Assembly: GCA_041538025.1 (NCBI GenBank)
Contig: JBGOEV010000004.1
Location: 18,161-82,160 of the forward strand
Origin: Candidatus Thermosaccharophagus gerlachensis
Lineage (GTDB): Bacteria; Armatimonadota; Fervidibacteria; Fervidibacterales; Thermosaccharophagaceae
DNA: 64,000 nt
Direction: 5' to 3'
Shown here: positions 37,235 through 47,263 of the stretch, in pieces
Layout of the letters: the number at the start of each line of letters is the position of its first letter
Numbering within the stretch: the first letter of the stretch is position 1
Notes under the pieces: generated by a model
Databases searched by the model: none
What the model was told of the DNA's origin: nothing
Seen by the model: only the letters and a program-made list of their open reading frames with translations
Position numbers and translations under genes: made by a program

Positions 37235-37267
37235 AAGTTAGGAGCTGTCTTGGCTACAAAAGAGGCG

Positions 37268-38179
37268 ATGCAACAAATGAAACGCATCAGCGAGATAAGG
37301 AAGGTTGGGATCATAGCTGCGATGCATAAGAAGGATATTGAAACTGCGTTGCGCAAAGTTTTTTCATCGCTTGAAGCATGGGGTGTTGAGGTTTTGCTCC
37401 AAAGCGAGTGTGCCAAGTTGCTTGGCAAGATGAAACATTGTGTGAGCGATGCTGAAATAGCAGCTTCCGACATGATATTCTCGCTTGGTGGCGATGGATG
37501 CATGTTGAGTGCTGTAAGGATGGCAGTGGGGCATGGCACGCCTGTCCTTGGTGTTAGGGTTGGAGGGTTGGGATTTTTGAGTGAGGTTGACTGGCAAGAT
37601 ATTGATGAAGCTGTGGAAGCTATTCGCAACAACAACTATCTCATTGACCAAAGGAAACTTTTGCAAGCCACAGTTGAGAGGTGTGGAAATACCGTTTGGC
37701 TCAGCTATGGCTTAAACGACGTTGTTGTCTTGAGAGGTGCTCTCTCGCAAGTGCATATGTTTGAAGTGCGAGTTGACGGTGAATTGCTTATCTCTGAGTT
37801 TGCGGACGGCATCATCATAGCAACACCAACTGGCTCAACTGCTTATTCTCTCTCTGCTGGTGGACCGATAGTTGCTCCAGACGCAGATGTGTTGGTATTA
37901 ACTCCTGTTTGTGCGCATGCACTCTATGTAAGGTCCATTGTCATGCCTCCTTCTTCGCGCTTTTCAATAAGGGCTATCGCAACAAAGGGCACAGAAATTG
38001 AAGCAGCCGTTATGGTTGATGGGCAGTTAACATTTGGGCTTTCAGAAGGTGATGTTGTCTCTGTAAGTTTTTCGGATCAAAAAGCCAACCTTGTCAGGCT
38101 GAGCAAGTTTCGCTTCATTGAGCGATTAAAGCAAAAGCTCAGATGGGGTTGCAGAGATGAAAACGCTACGGAGCGTTAG
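37268..38179 (+). CDS. nadK: NAD(+) kinase
   Basis: LGGDG, GGLGFL, LNDVV, DGIIIATPTGSTAYSLSAGGP. Start 37268 preferred over 37208. Confidence 0.95.
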   Translation: MQQMKRISEIRKVGIIAAMHKKDIETALRKVFSSLEAWGVEVLLQSECAKLLGKMKHCVSDAEIAASDMIFSLGGDGCMLSAVRMAVGHGTPVLGVRVGGLGFLSEVDWQDIDEAVEAIRNNNYLIDQRKLLQATVERCGNTVWLSYGLNDVVVLRGALSQVHMFEVRVDGELLISEFADGIIIATPTGSTAYSLSAGGPIVAPDADVLVLTPVCAHALYVRSIVMPPSSRFSIRAIATKGTEIEAAVMVDGQLTFGLSEGDVVSVSFSDQKANLVRLSKFRFIERLKQKLRWGCRDENATER

Positions 38180-38206
38180 CAGTATGCAAAGCGATTTGAG
38201 GGGGCG

Positions 38207-39928
38207 ATGCAGGACATGCTCAAACTCCTCAGGGTAAAAAACCTCGCCCTCATTGATGAGCTTGAACTTGAGATGAAAGAAGGGTTGAATGTGCTTACAG
38301 GTGAGACAGGCGCAGGGAAATCAATCATCATAAACGCAATATCGTTAACAGTTGGTGGGAGGTTTGATATTGAGCAAATACGCTCAGGCGCTGATGCTGC
38401 TTTTGTTGAGGCTGTTTTTGATTTGAGGAAACATGAGACAGCCCGCAAGGCTATAAGCCAAATATGCGATAGTGAGGTTGAGAGCTTAAGCATATGCAGG
38501 ATCATTGAGAGGAGTGGGAAAACGAAATGCACAATCAATGGTCGCCCCGCGAGCGTCAAACTCCTCAAACAAATAGGCTCCATGCTCGTTGACATTCATG
38601 GGCAACATGAACACCAGTCACTGCTCCATCCAGAAACACATCTTTCATACCTTGACAAGTATGGTGGTGAGCACATAAGCAGCCTGCTTGAAGAATACCG
38701 CTGTTTGTATGATGAGCTGATGAAGGTTGAAGGGTTGAAGAAACGCATCATGAGCAGTGAGAGGGAAAGAGAACAACGGATTGATTTGCTTCGTTATCAA
38801 ATGCGCGAGATTGATGCTGCAGCACTTCGTCCGGGTGAAGAAGAGGAGTTGCTCTCAGAGCGTCAAAGGTTGATTCATGCTGAGAAGCTCGCCGAGTCCG
38901 TTGGGCGCATAAAGAGGTTGCTCTGCGGGGATGAAGAGGTAGGTGGAGTATCCTCAATGCTCACTGATGTTTTGTATGAGCTCAAAAGGGCTTCTCGGTG
39001 GGATGAAAGCTTGAACGCATACCATAACCACATTGAACAGCTCCTCTATTCACTTGAGGACATCTCAATGTCCATTGAACGGTATGCATCAAAGATTGAA
39101 TTTGACCCAAGGAGACTTGAAGAGGTTGAGGGCAGGCTTGCTCTTATCAGCTCGTTAAAGCGCAAATATGGTGACAGCATTGAGGAGATACTCACCTACA
39201 GGGATAGGATAGCTCAAGAGTTAGCTATGCTTGAAGCGAGCGAAGAGCATATTGAGGAGCTTGAGAAGCTTTCGCTTGAGCTGCGCCAGAAACTTTCGCA
39301 AGTAGCTGGAGAGCTTTCAATGGCTCGCAAAATGGCAGCCAAGGAAATGGAGAAAGCAGTAGAGCATCAGCTCCGCTCACTTATGATGGATAAAGCTCGC
39401 TTTAAAGTGTCAATCACCAATGAGGCTGATGAGGAAGGTTTGCAAGTTGGTGGTGAGAAAGTTGCTTTTGATAGGGACGGGATTGATCGTGTTGAGTTCC
39501 TCATCTCCCCAAACCCCGGTGAGCCGTTGAAGCCGCTTGCGAAGATAGCTTCTGGTGGTGAGATGTCAAGGATCATGCTTGCTTTGAAGGCTCTTATAAG
39601 ATCAACGCACGATATACCAACGCTCATCTTTGACGAAATAGATGTTGGGATCGGAGGGAGCGCAGCGGAAGCTGTCGGGGAGAGACTCAAAAGCGTGTCC
39701 AAGTTCGCACAAGTGATTTGCGTTACTCATTTACCGTCAATTGCGTGCATGGCAGATGCACACATATATGTTGAGAAGGTCATATCACATGGTCGGACGC
39801 TGATAAAAGTTCGCCACCTTTCGTTTGATGAACGTGTGAGAGAGATAGCACGAATGCTTGCTGGAAGAAGGGTAACTGAGACAACGCTCAGGCAGGCTCA
39901 AGAGATGCTCCTTAGATACGCTGCATAG
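38207..39928 (+). CDS. recN: DNA repair protein RecN
   Basis: LTGETGAGKS, IHGQHEHQ, ASGGEMSR, IFDEID, VTHLP. Confidence 0.97.
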   Translation: MQDMLKLLRVKNLALIDELELEMKEGLNVLTGETGAGKSIIINAISLTVGGRFDIEQIRSGADAAFVEAVFDLRKHETARKAISQICDSEVESLSICRIIERSGKTKCTINGRPASVKLLKQIGSMLVDIHGQHEHQSLLHPETHLSYLDKYGGEHISSLLEEYRCLYDELMKVEGLKKRIMSSEREREQRIDLLRYQMREIDAAALRPGEEEELLSERQRLIHAEKLAESVGRIKRLLCGDEEVGGVSSMLTDVLYELKRASRWDESLNAYHNHIEQLLYSLEDISMSIERYASKIEFDPRRLEEVEGRLALISSLKRKYGDSIEEILTYRDRIAQELAMLEASEEHIEELEKLSLELRQKLSQVAGELSMARKMAAKEMEKAVEHQLRSLMMDKARFKVSITNEADEEGLQVGGEKVAFDRDGIDRVEFLISPNPGEPLKPLAKIASGGEMSRIMLALKALIRSTHDIPTLIFDEIDVGIGGSAAEAVGERLKSVSKFAQVICVTHLPSIACMADAHIYVEKVISHGRTLIKVRHLSFDERVREIARMLAGRRVTETTLRQAQEMLLRYAA

Positions 39929-39962
39929 GCATGTTACTGGGCAAACTTGAAAGGTGAGGAGT

Positions 39963-41114
39963 ATGAAGAGGGTTATAAAAGCACCAGCTCGCTTGGACAG
40001 GGTTACGAAGAACCTCGTAAAGAGATTGAAGCATGGCGAGATAGCTATCATATGCCATGAGGACATAGATATGCTTGCAGCGCGTGAGTTAATCAACGCA
40101 GGTGTGGTAGCAGTGATTAACGCACTGAGTTCAGCGACTGGCAACCTACCCCCTGATGGCGTAGCAACACTTATTTCATGTGGCATCCCAGTTATTGATG
40201 AAGTCGGTGAAAAGATTTTTGAGGTTGTGCAGGACGGTGATATAGTGCTTGTTAACACTTTAACTGGTAGTGTTGAGTGTAACGGTGTTGTCTTCAATGG
40301 GAAGCCTTTGACCGAATCAGAACTTGCGGTAAAGACAGATGCCTTCTCAAAGCGTGTTGGCGACATCGTTAAGGCATTTGTTGAGAACACCATTGATTAT
40401 ATCCAACGAGAAGGCGTTGAAGTTTTAACTGCTCGTGTTCCAGAGCTGAAGCTAAAGACGGACTTGGTTGGCAAGCATGTCCTCATAGTTGTTCGTGGGC
40501 GAGGTTGTGAAGATGACTTGAAAACGATAATGGCGTATGTAAGGGATAAGCGCCCAGTGTTAATCGGCGTTGATGGAGGGGCGGATCTGCTCCTCAAATT
40601 TGGCTTGAAGCCAGATATAGTTATCGGTGACATGGATAGTGTTTCTGACAGAGCTTTAGAGCTTGCGCGTGACATAGTTGTGCATGCATACCCAGATGGC
40701 AGAGCTCCCGGGATAAAGCGTATAAATGAGCTTGGTTTACAGGCAAGCGTGTTACCTGTTAGAGGGACAAGCGAAGATGCAGCTATGTTACTTGCGTATG
40801 CGGGTGGCGCAAGCCTTATAGTTGCTGTAGGGACTCATACGGGCTTCCTTGAGTTCCTTGAGAAGGGGAGGAAAGGCATGGCGAGCACTTTCTTGGTTCG
40901 CCTACGCGTTGGGCACTTGCTCGTGGACGCGAAAGGAGTAAGCCAACTTTATTCTGGCAAGTTGAAGCTATGGCATATTGCACTGCTTCTGTTGATTGGG
41001 GCAATCATCGCCTTGGTTGTTGTGAAAGTCTCACCATACTCACTTAGCCTCCTAAGAGCGATCATGCTTTGGTTCTTCGTCAGGCTGGAAAAAATTTTCA
41101 GTTTCATATTTTGA
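39963..41114 (+). CDS. steA: SteA-family protein (thiamine-pyrophosphokinase-like fold, C-terminal TM)
   Basis: TKNLVKRL, HEDID, LIGVDGGAD, GDMDSVSD, VHAYPDG, GTSEDAAMLLA, GMASTFLVRL, VDAKGVS. Located after recN. Confidence 0.85.
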   Translation: MKRVIKAPARLDRVTKNLVKRLKHGEIAIICHEDIDMLAARELINAGVVAVINALSSATGNLPPDGVATLISCGIPVIDEVGEKIFEVVQDGDIVLVNTLTGSVECNGVVFNGKPLTESELAVKTDAFSKRVGDIVKAFVENTIDYIQREGVEVLTARVPELKLKTDLVGKHVLIVVRGRGCEDDLKTIMAYVRDKRPVLIGVDGGADLLLKFGLKPDIVIGDMDSVSDRALELARDIVVHAYPDGRAPGIKRINELGLQASVLPVRGTSEDAAMLLAYAGGASLIVAVGTHTGFLEFLEKGRKGMASTFLVRLRVGHLLVDAKGVSQLYSGKLKLWHIALLLLIGAIIALVVVKVSPYSLSLLRAIMLWFFVRLEKIFSFIF

Positions 41115-41158
41115 GCAATCGCTCCTAAAGATACCGAGGGCATGGCATTAATTGAAAC

Positions 41159-42112
41159 ATGGCGGTGAGCACAAATGGGATAGACGTCCGTTTCTACTAC
41201 GCTTCGTTGGTTGTCATTTTGCTTTTTTTCCTTCTCGGGCTTCTTATAGGGATTGGGTTGAGTCGTCAGCCAGCTGTTGAAAGGCTTGCTGCACACATTG
41301 AGCAACAGTTGAGGCAGTATCGTGAGGAAGTAAACAAACAGCTTCAAACAAGGGACAGATTGATACGCTCACTCCAAGATAAAATCGTGTGCGAACAGCA
41401 AAAGATAAAGTGGCAGGAGCAGTTCTTACACACAATCTCTCCTATGTTCCTCAAAGGCTTGTTACGCTACAGGAATGTGGCTATCTTTATGACAGCACCA
41501 GAGAATGACGAAGCTTTTTTGAATGAGCTTAAAAGGACATTAAGTTCAGCCGATGCAAATGTTCGTTCTGTGACGCGATTTCGTGTAACAGCGTGGAGAA
41601 GCTCACCGGATGTTCTTTCAAGACTTGCCGAGGCATTTAGCATAAAGCCACAAGCCGATTCTGATGACTTGCAAACAGCTTACCAGAAGGCTTTGCTGAG
41701 GAAGTTCGCATCGCTGGTGAAGTTTGGAGACATAAACAACCAACTCAAAAGGTTTGTGCGTGCGGGTTTAGTGAAGCTCTCGGGAGATTATTCACATCCG
41801 ATTGGAGGCGTTGTCATCATCAGCGCTATTAAGGGCAAGCGCTTGAGAGATGAGTTTGAAGCAATTGACCTTGAGCTCGCAAACTCGCTGAGGATGCTCG
41901 GGGCAAAAGTGGTGGTGTGTGAAACATCTCATGTTGAGGAGTCAATTATACCCATATGCCAGCATATTGGTGTTGCTACCGTTGATAACGCTGAATCTGC
42001 GATCGGACAAATATGCATCGCATACGCACTCGCTGGTTACCAAGGACATTATGGTTGGAAGGAAACTGCAAGGATACGCTTCCCAGAGATACGCATCGGG
42101 AACGAACAGTAG
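41159..42112 (+). CDS. SteB / MctB (DUF3186 'copper transporter') family protein
   Basis: IDVRFYYASLVVILL..GLLIG TM, coiled coil, C-terminal ATVDN..GQI..LAG..GHYG.K. Follows steA. Confidence 0.8.
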   Translation: MAVSTNGIDVRFYYASLVVILLFFLLGLLIGIGLSRQPAVERLAAHIEQQLRQYREEVNKQLQTRDRLIRSLQDKIVCEQQKIKWQEQFLHTISPMFLKGLLRYRNVAIFMTAPENDEAFLNELKRTLSSADANVRSVTRFRVTAWRSSPDVLSRLAEAFSIKPQADSDDLQTAYQKALLRKFASLVKFGDINNQLKRFVRAGLVKLSGDYSHPIGGVVIISAIKGKRLRDEFEAIDLELANSLRMLGAKVVVCETSHVEESIIPICQHIGVATVDNAESAIGQICIAYALAGYQGHYGWKETARIRFPEIRIGNEQ

Positions 42113-42165
42113 TTACATTGAGCATTACGGTAAGATGCCAATCGCGTTGAGGTGAGAAGTTTTTC

Positions 42166-42885
42166 ATGAAGAGCGACCAAACTGTCTCCGTCATTATACC
42201 TGCGTATAACGAGGCTGGGAGGGTTGGGCTAACAGTTAGTGCTGTGTGGGAACTTCCGAATGTTTGTGAAGTTATCGTTGTTGACGATGGCTCTAATGAT
42301 GACACAGCGAGGGAGGCGTTCAATGCTGGCGCGTCCACAGTTATACGGCTACCACGAAGATGCGGTAAAGGCGCTGCGCTTTTTGAAGGTGTTAAAGTAG
42401 CAAGTGGTGACGTGCTTCTTTTTGTAGATGCGGACCTGTGTGCGAGCGCCCGCAATTTGAAGCCACTCATAGGGCATGTTCTTGACGGAAAAGCTGATAT
42501 GGCTATTGCTGTCCCATCAAAGATGGGGCAAGGTGGATTTGGAATCACAAAAGCATTTGCACGACTCATGATAGCACTTACATGCGGTTTCTTTGCTAAG
42601 GCACCGCTTTGTGGGCAGAGAGCTATAAAACGCCAACTGGTAAAACGCATGGGGCGTTTTGCTGACGGGTTTGGTGTTGAAGTTGGTTTGACAATTGATG
42701 CACACATGTTCGGTGCACGCATCGTTGAAGTCCCTTTGGATTTTGAACATAGGGTGACTGGGAGGACATTGAGAGGTTTCTTGCACAGGGCAAAACAGCT
42801 TCTGGATATAATTAAAGCATGCTTGCATCGGCTTCTCTTCAGACTCCTTCGCTGGAAGCAGTATACACAACACGCTACATGGTGA
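42166..42885 (+). CDS. Family 2 glycosyltransferase (Dpm1/GpgS-like)
   Basis: IIPAYNEA, VVDDGSND, GKGAA, FVDAD, PLCGQRA, GFGVEVGL. Confidence 0.9.
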   Translation: MKSDQTVSVIIPAYNEAGRVGLTVSAVWELPNVCEVIVVDDGSNDDTAREAFNAGASTVIRLPRRCGKGAALFEGVKVASGDVLLFVDADLCASARNLKPLIGHVLDGKADMAIAVPSKMGQGGFGITKAFARLMIALTCGFFAKAPLCGQRAIKRQLVKRMGRFADGFGVEVGLTIDAHMFGARIVEVPLDFEHRVTGRTLRGFLHRAKQLLDIIKACLHRLLFRLLRWKQYTQHATW

Positions 42886-42894
42886 TTGAATTAG

Positions 42895-43719
42895 ATGCTA
42901 ATGCCTTTATTCCTGTGCGTTGTAGGGATGCTCTTGCCGTTAGTGGTTGTCCCACTGGTTGTGTCTATACTGGCGCGATGTGATGAGCTGAGACGGAGGA
43001 ATTTCCGCAATCAACCGGTTGTGACAGCTTGCGGTGTTGCGATATTTGCTTCGTTTGTCATTCAGTTTGTTTTCGTTAGCTTTGTGTGGACGCATATCTC
43101 AAATGTGTGTGCAGCTTTAGCGTTTGTTGGTGTGTGGTTTCTTTTGCTTGGGCTTGTTGATGATACTCTTGGTGATAGCATATGGCGAGGTTTCAAAGGG
43201 CACTTTAGCGCATTGTTTTTTGAAGGGCGCATAACGAGTGGGCTGCTCAAAGCAGTTGGCGGGCTTATTTGTTCGGTTATAGCTGTGCTTTGGTTTGGTG
43301 GTGGCTATTCGTTTATTTCGGCGACGATCGGGATTATGCTCATTTGCCTTTCCGCTAACGGAATAAACTTGCTTGATAAACGCCCATCAAGAGCTATTAA
43401 GGCGTTCTGGGTGTTGGGCATTGTTTCTATCGTTTTCTCGCGCCCCGAGCTCCGCATGCTACCTTCCATGCTCATCCTTTCAACGCTTCCATACTCCTAC
43501 TATGACTTCACTTCAAAAGCCATGCTTGGAGACGCTGGCTCAAACATGCTTGGAGCAATCCTTGGCACATTCATATGGTTAGCCACTGCTACGCCGTTTC
43601 AAATTGCGCTTCTACTTATCTGGCTTGCATTGCATGTCTACTCTGAGAAGCATTCTTTGACCGAGGCAATAGCCAAGGTTAAGCTGTTGCGTTGGATAGA
43701 TGAGCTCGGCGTGAGATGA
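42895..43719 (+). CDS. MraY/WecA-like (Glycos_transf_4) polyprenyl-phosphate transferase homolog
   Basis: Multi-TM. LGLVDD, GFKGH, ANGINLLDKRP, MLGDAGSNMLG. Confidence 0.78.
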   Translation: MLMPLFLCVVGMLLPLVVVPLVVSILARCDELRRRNFRNQPVVTACGVAIFASFVIQFVFVSFVWTHISNVCAALAFVGVWFLLLGLVDDTLGDSIWRGFKGHFSALFFEGRITSGLLKAVGGLICSVIAVLWFGGGYSFISATIGIMLICLSANGINLLDKRPSRAIKAFWVLGIVSIVFSRPELRMLPSMLILSTLPYSYYDFTSKAMLGDAGSNMLGAILGTFIWLATATPFQIALLLIWLALHVYSEKHSLTEAIAKVKLLRWIDELGVR

Positions 43720-43780
43720 GCATATCCTTTGCGTCAAATTCTAAATGAAGCGAGTATGAAGTTTCACGGGGGTATAGAGG

Positions 43781-44851
43781 ATGGTTAGCAGATCTAACCT
43801 ATGCTATTACGCAAGCGTGGCAATGCTCATTTTCGTGTTTCAGTTCGCTTGGGATACCTTTGGTGAGTCAAATGCACCCGTAGAGCATCCTACAAAGGTA
43901 AACTTATCGCATAGCTACTCCACTTCATCACGGCAAAGATATAAGTTGATTGTGAGTGCAGACGCAGTTATGGTGCTTGGTATACAACGCGCCCTTTTGC
44001 AGTTCAGTGCCAACATTGACATTGAGACAGCACTTAAGAGCAAGACGCGAAACGGTGAGATGATCATTGAATTTCGTGTGGTTGGTGGTGTAATGCGTCT
44101 TTTTGGGGCGGGCTGGAGGCAGACCGAAAGGGTTCCATCACAAACTGCCACGATTATGATGACACCTAAAGGACAGATATTAAGCATTTCTGGGCTGACA
44201 GATAGCGATGTATTTGAGGCAGCTGCTGGTCTTGATGTTGTCAGCTTAGCAATAGGCACGGTTTGTGTTGGTTTGCCAAATGAGCCTGTTAGTGTTGGTG
44301 ATGCGTGGCATGTTGAACATCGCGTAAGTGATAGGCGCCCGATAGTAGCGCATACAAAGCTCGTCAAGATAAGCTCACCACTACCGCAACAGCTCGTTGC
44401 TCACATGGAAACGAGGTATGATATACCGATTGATTGGTTTCTGCCGAACGAGTTGAAATTGCTTTACAATGTGCGTGCACATCACAAGGGCGTTACAACG
44501 GTTGAATTCAATTGCAACGAAGGTTGTGTTGAGTCAGGTGAGGGAAGTGTTGAAATTGAAATGCAAATGTCAATCCCCATTGCTGAGTTACCTCCTGAGG
44601 TTGTTGCTTCAGTGGTGAAGCCACAGAACCCATTAACTCCTGAACAGCATGCCGAAAGAGGTGAAGCTAACGCCGAAGAGACCACGAATGAGTTGAATGA
44701 GGATGCTAATGAACCAGCCGAGGAAGAAGAAAACAAAGAAGGCAAGGAAGTTGCTGAAGAACAAAAGGAGCACAACATGCAAGCGTTTCCAAACGATGTT
44801 CCCTTCAACCTGACTATACGTGCTCAATTTCAATTAACACGCCAGTGGTGA
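43781..44851 (+). CDS. Hypothetical exported beta-rich protein with acidic insertion
   Basis: 356-aa ORF with RBS (agagg), N-terminal hydrophobic segment, VSVGDAW motif, E-rich stretch. Confidence 0.65.
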   Translation: MVSRSNLCYYASVAMLIFVFQFAWDTFGESNAPVEHPTKVNLSHSYSTSSRQRYKLIVSADAVMVLGIQRALLQFSANIDIETALKSKTRNGEMIIEFRVVGGVMRLFGAGWRQTERVPSQTATIMMTPKGQILSISGLTDSDVFEAAAGLDVVSLAIGTVCVGLPNEPVSVGDAWHVEHRVSDRRPIVAHTKLVKISSPLPQQLVAHMETRYDIPIDWFLPNELKLLYNVRAHHKGVTTVEFNCNEGCVESGEGSVEIEMQMSIPIAELPPEVVASVVKPQNPLTPEQHAERGEANAEETTNELNEDANEPAEEEENKEGKEVAEEQKEHNMQAFPNDVPFNLTIRAQFQLTRQW

Positions 44852-44860
44852 TGAGCAACG

Positions 44861-45925
44861 ATGAGTAAGGTCTATAAGATAGCGGTCATACCGGGCGATG
44901 GTATTGGTCCTGAGGTTGTGCGTGAAGGTTTGAAAGTGCTTGAAGCAGCAGCTTCATCAACAGGGATGAAATACGAGCTTGTGCACTATGACTTCGGTGG
45001 GGAGAGATACCTCCGAACGGGGGAAATATTACCAGATGGTGTGATTGATGAGTTGCGCACTTTTGATGCGATTTACCTTGGTGCTGTAGGTCACCCAGAT
45101 GTTCCTCCCGGAGTTCTTGAGAGAGGGTTATTGTTGCGCCTCCGATTTGAACTTGACCTTTACATCAATTTGCGCCCAGTGAAGCTCTATCCGGGTGTGT
45201 GGACACCACTCAAGGATAAAGGACCGCAGGACATTGACTTTGTAGTGGTGCGCGAGAATACCGAAGACTTGTATGTTGGTGTAGGTGGGTGGTTTAAGAA
45301 GGGCACACAGGATGAAGTAGCATTCCAAGTTGCCGTCTATACGAGGCGTGGAACTGAAAGATGCATTAAGTATGCGTTTGAGCTTGCGAGGCAGCGAAAC
45401 AAGAAAAAGAGGGTGACACTTGTTGATAAGTCAAACGTGCTCACATATGGACATGAGCTTTGGTTGAGGACTTTCAAAGAGGTAGCGTCAAGCTACCCAG
45501 ACATAGAAGCTGATCATGCTTATGTTGATGCATGTTGCATGTGGATGGTTAAAAACCCTGAAAGGTTTGATGTCATCGTTACGACGAATATGTTTGGGGA
45601 TATCATAACGGACTTAGGTGCAATCATACAAGGTGGGATGGGTGTTGCAGCGTCCGGGAATATACATCCTGGAAAAACATCCATGTTTGAGCCAATACAT
45701 GGCTCAGCCCCAAAGCATGCTGGTAAAAACATAGCCAACCCAATAGCTGCTATCCTCGCCATGCAGATGCTTGTTGATTTCCTTGGCGAACACGAGACTG
45801 CAAGACGAATCGAGGAGGCATGTGCCAAGGCTCTAATGAGTGGCAGGATAAAATCAATGGAAGCTGGTAAGATGGGCATGAGCACATCCGAGGTGGGTGA
45901 TTTTATAGCGAGTTTAATTGAGTGA
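44861..45925 (+). CDS. leuB: 3-isopropylmalate dehydrogenase (type 2)
   Basis: IPGDGIGPEV, NLRPVKLY, VRENTE, NMFGDIITD, FEPIHGSAP, ANPIAAIL. Confidence 0.88.
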   Translation: MSKVYKIAVIPGDGIGPEVVREGLKVLEAAASSTGMKYELVHYDFGGERYLRTGEILPDGVIDELRTFDAIYLGAVGHPDVPPGVLERGLLLRLRFELDLYINLRPVKLYPGVWTPLKDKGPQDIDFVVVRENTEDLYVGVGGWFKKGTQDEVAFQVAVYTRRGTERCIKYAFELARQRNKKKRVTLVDKSNVLTYGHELWLRTFKEVASSYPDIEADHAYVDACCMWMVKNPERFDVIVTTNMFGDIITDLGAIIQGGMGVAASGNIHPGKTSMFEPIHGSAPKHAGKNIANPIAAILAMQMLVDFLGEHETARRIEEACAKALMSGRIKSMEAGKMGMSTSEVGDFIASLIE

Positions 45926-45942
45926 GAAGGGGGTGTGCAGGG

Positions 45943-47226
45943 ATGAAGGTGCTTGTAGTTGGTTCTGGTGGTCGTGAGCATGCCCTCGTTTGGAAGATTG
46001 CCCAAAGCCCTCTCGTCAGCGAGGTGCATTGTGCACCGGGAAATGCTGGAATAGCCAAGCTTGCTAAATGTGTTCCCATAGGAGCTGAAGATATAAGCTC
46101 GCTTGCTGATTATGCTGAAAGAGAAAAAATAGACTTAACGGTAGTTGGTCCTGAAGCACCGCTTGCAGCTGGGATTGTGGACGAATTTGAAAGACGGAAG
46201 TTGCGCATCTTCGGACCAACGAAAATTGCTTCCGAGATAGAGGCAAGCAAAGCATTTTGTAAGCAGTTGCTTTACAAGCATGGCATACCAACAGCTCGGT
46301 TTGAAATCTTTGACAACCCAGATGAAGCATTGAAGTATGTTAAAGCACATGGAGCACCAGTAGTAGTTAAGGCGAGCGGTCTCGCTGCAGGTAAGGGGAG
46401 CATCGTTTGTCACACACTTGATGAGGCAATTGAAGCTGTTGAGAGGATAATGATTAAGCGTGAGTTTGGTAGTTCAGGGGATACAGTAGTCGTTGAGGAT
46501 TATCTTGAGGGCGAAGAAGCCTCGGTGATGGTTTTCACAGATGGAGAGGTTGTCAAACCGATGCCTCCTTCTCAAGACCACAAACCGTTGCTTGATGGTG
46601 ATATGGGACCAAACACAGGTGGCATGGGTGCTTATAGCCCAGTCCCTGCAATTGACGAGGCGCTCTTTGAACATATCATTGAGACGATCATAAAGCCAAC
46701 TGTGAAAGCGATGGCACAAGAAGGACGCCCATACAAAGGTGTGTTGTATGCTGGGTTGATGCTCACCAGTGATGGTCCAAAGGTGCTTGAATACAATTGT
46801 AGGTTTGGAGACCCAGAAACACAAGCAGTTTTGCCACTCATTGATGGTGACATAGTGCCAATACTGAATGCTGTCGTTGATGGTGAGTTGGAGAAGGTAG
46901 AGGTAAATTCATCTGGCAGGTGTTGCGTTTGCGTTGTCATGGCATCGGCAGGTTATCCCGGGAAGTATGAGAAAGGGAAAGCAATAAGAGGCATTGAGGA
47001 AGCCGAGTCCCTCGGTGATGTTATTGTTTTCCATGCTGGCACGGCTTTGAAGGATGGCGAATTGATAACCAATGGTGGAAGGGTGCTTGGTGTAACAGCA
47101 TTAGGGGACGATTTCGCTTCAGCTATATCACGAGCTTACGAAGCTGTTTCACTCATCTCTTTTGAGGGTGCCCACTATAGAAAGGACATTGGGTGGCGTG
47201 CACTCCGTCGTCTTGGGCTTGCATAA
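45943..47226 (+). CDS. purD: Phosphoribosylamine--glycine ligase
   Basis: GSGGREHAL, APGNAG, GLAAGKG, GPNTGGMGAYSP, EYNCRFGDPE, GGRVL. Confidence 0.97.
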   Translation: MKVLVVGSGGREHALVWKIAQSPLVSEVHCAPGNAGIAKLAKCVPIGAEDISSLADYAEREKIDLTVVGPEAPLAAGIVDEFERRKLRIFGPTKIASEIEASKAFCKQLLYKHGIPTARFEIFDNPDEALKYVKAHGAPVVVKASGLAAGKGSIVCHTLDEAIEAVERIMIKREFGSSGDTVVVEDYLEGEEASVMVFTDGEVVKPMPPSQDHKPLLDGDMGPNTGGMGAYSPVPAIDEALFEHIIETIIKPTVKAMAQEGRPYKGVLYAGLMLTSDGPKVLEYNCRFGDPETQAVLPLIDGDIVPILNAVVDGELEKVEVNSSGRCCVCVVMASAGYPGKYEKGKAIRGIEEAESLGDVIVFHAGTALKDGELITNGGRVLGVTALGDDFASAISRAYEAVSLISFEGAHYRKDIGWRALRRLGLA

Positions 47227-47263
47227 ATGGGAGCAAAGCTCGGCAAGCCAAAGGGTTGATTTT

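Noticed and set aside
41976-42722. 248-aa antisense ORF (also 39785-40393, 50926-51573, 8451-8960 and many shorter ones)
   Set aside because: They lie opposite well-supported genes, have the S/T/P-rich composition typical of shadow frames, and show no motifs.
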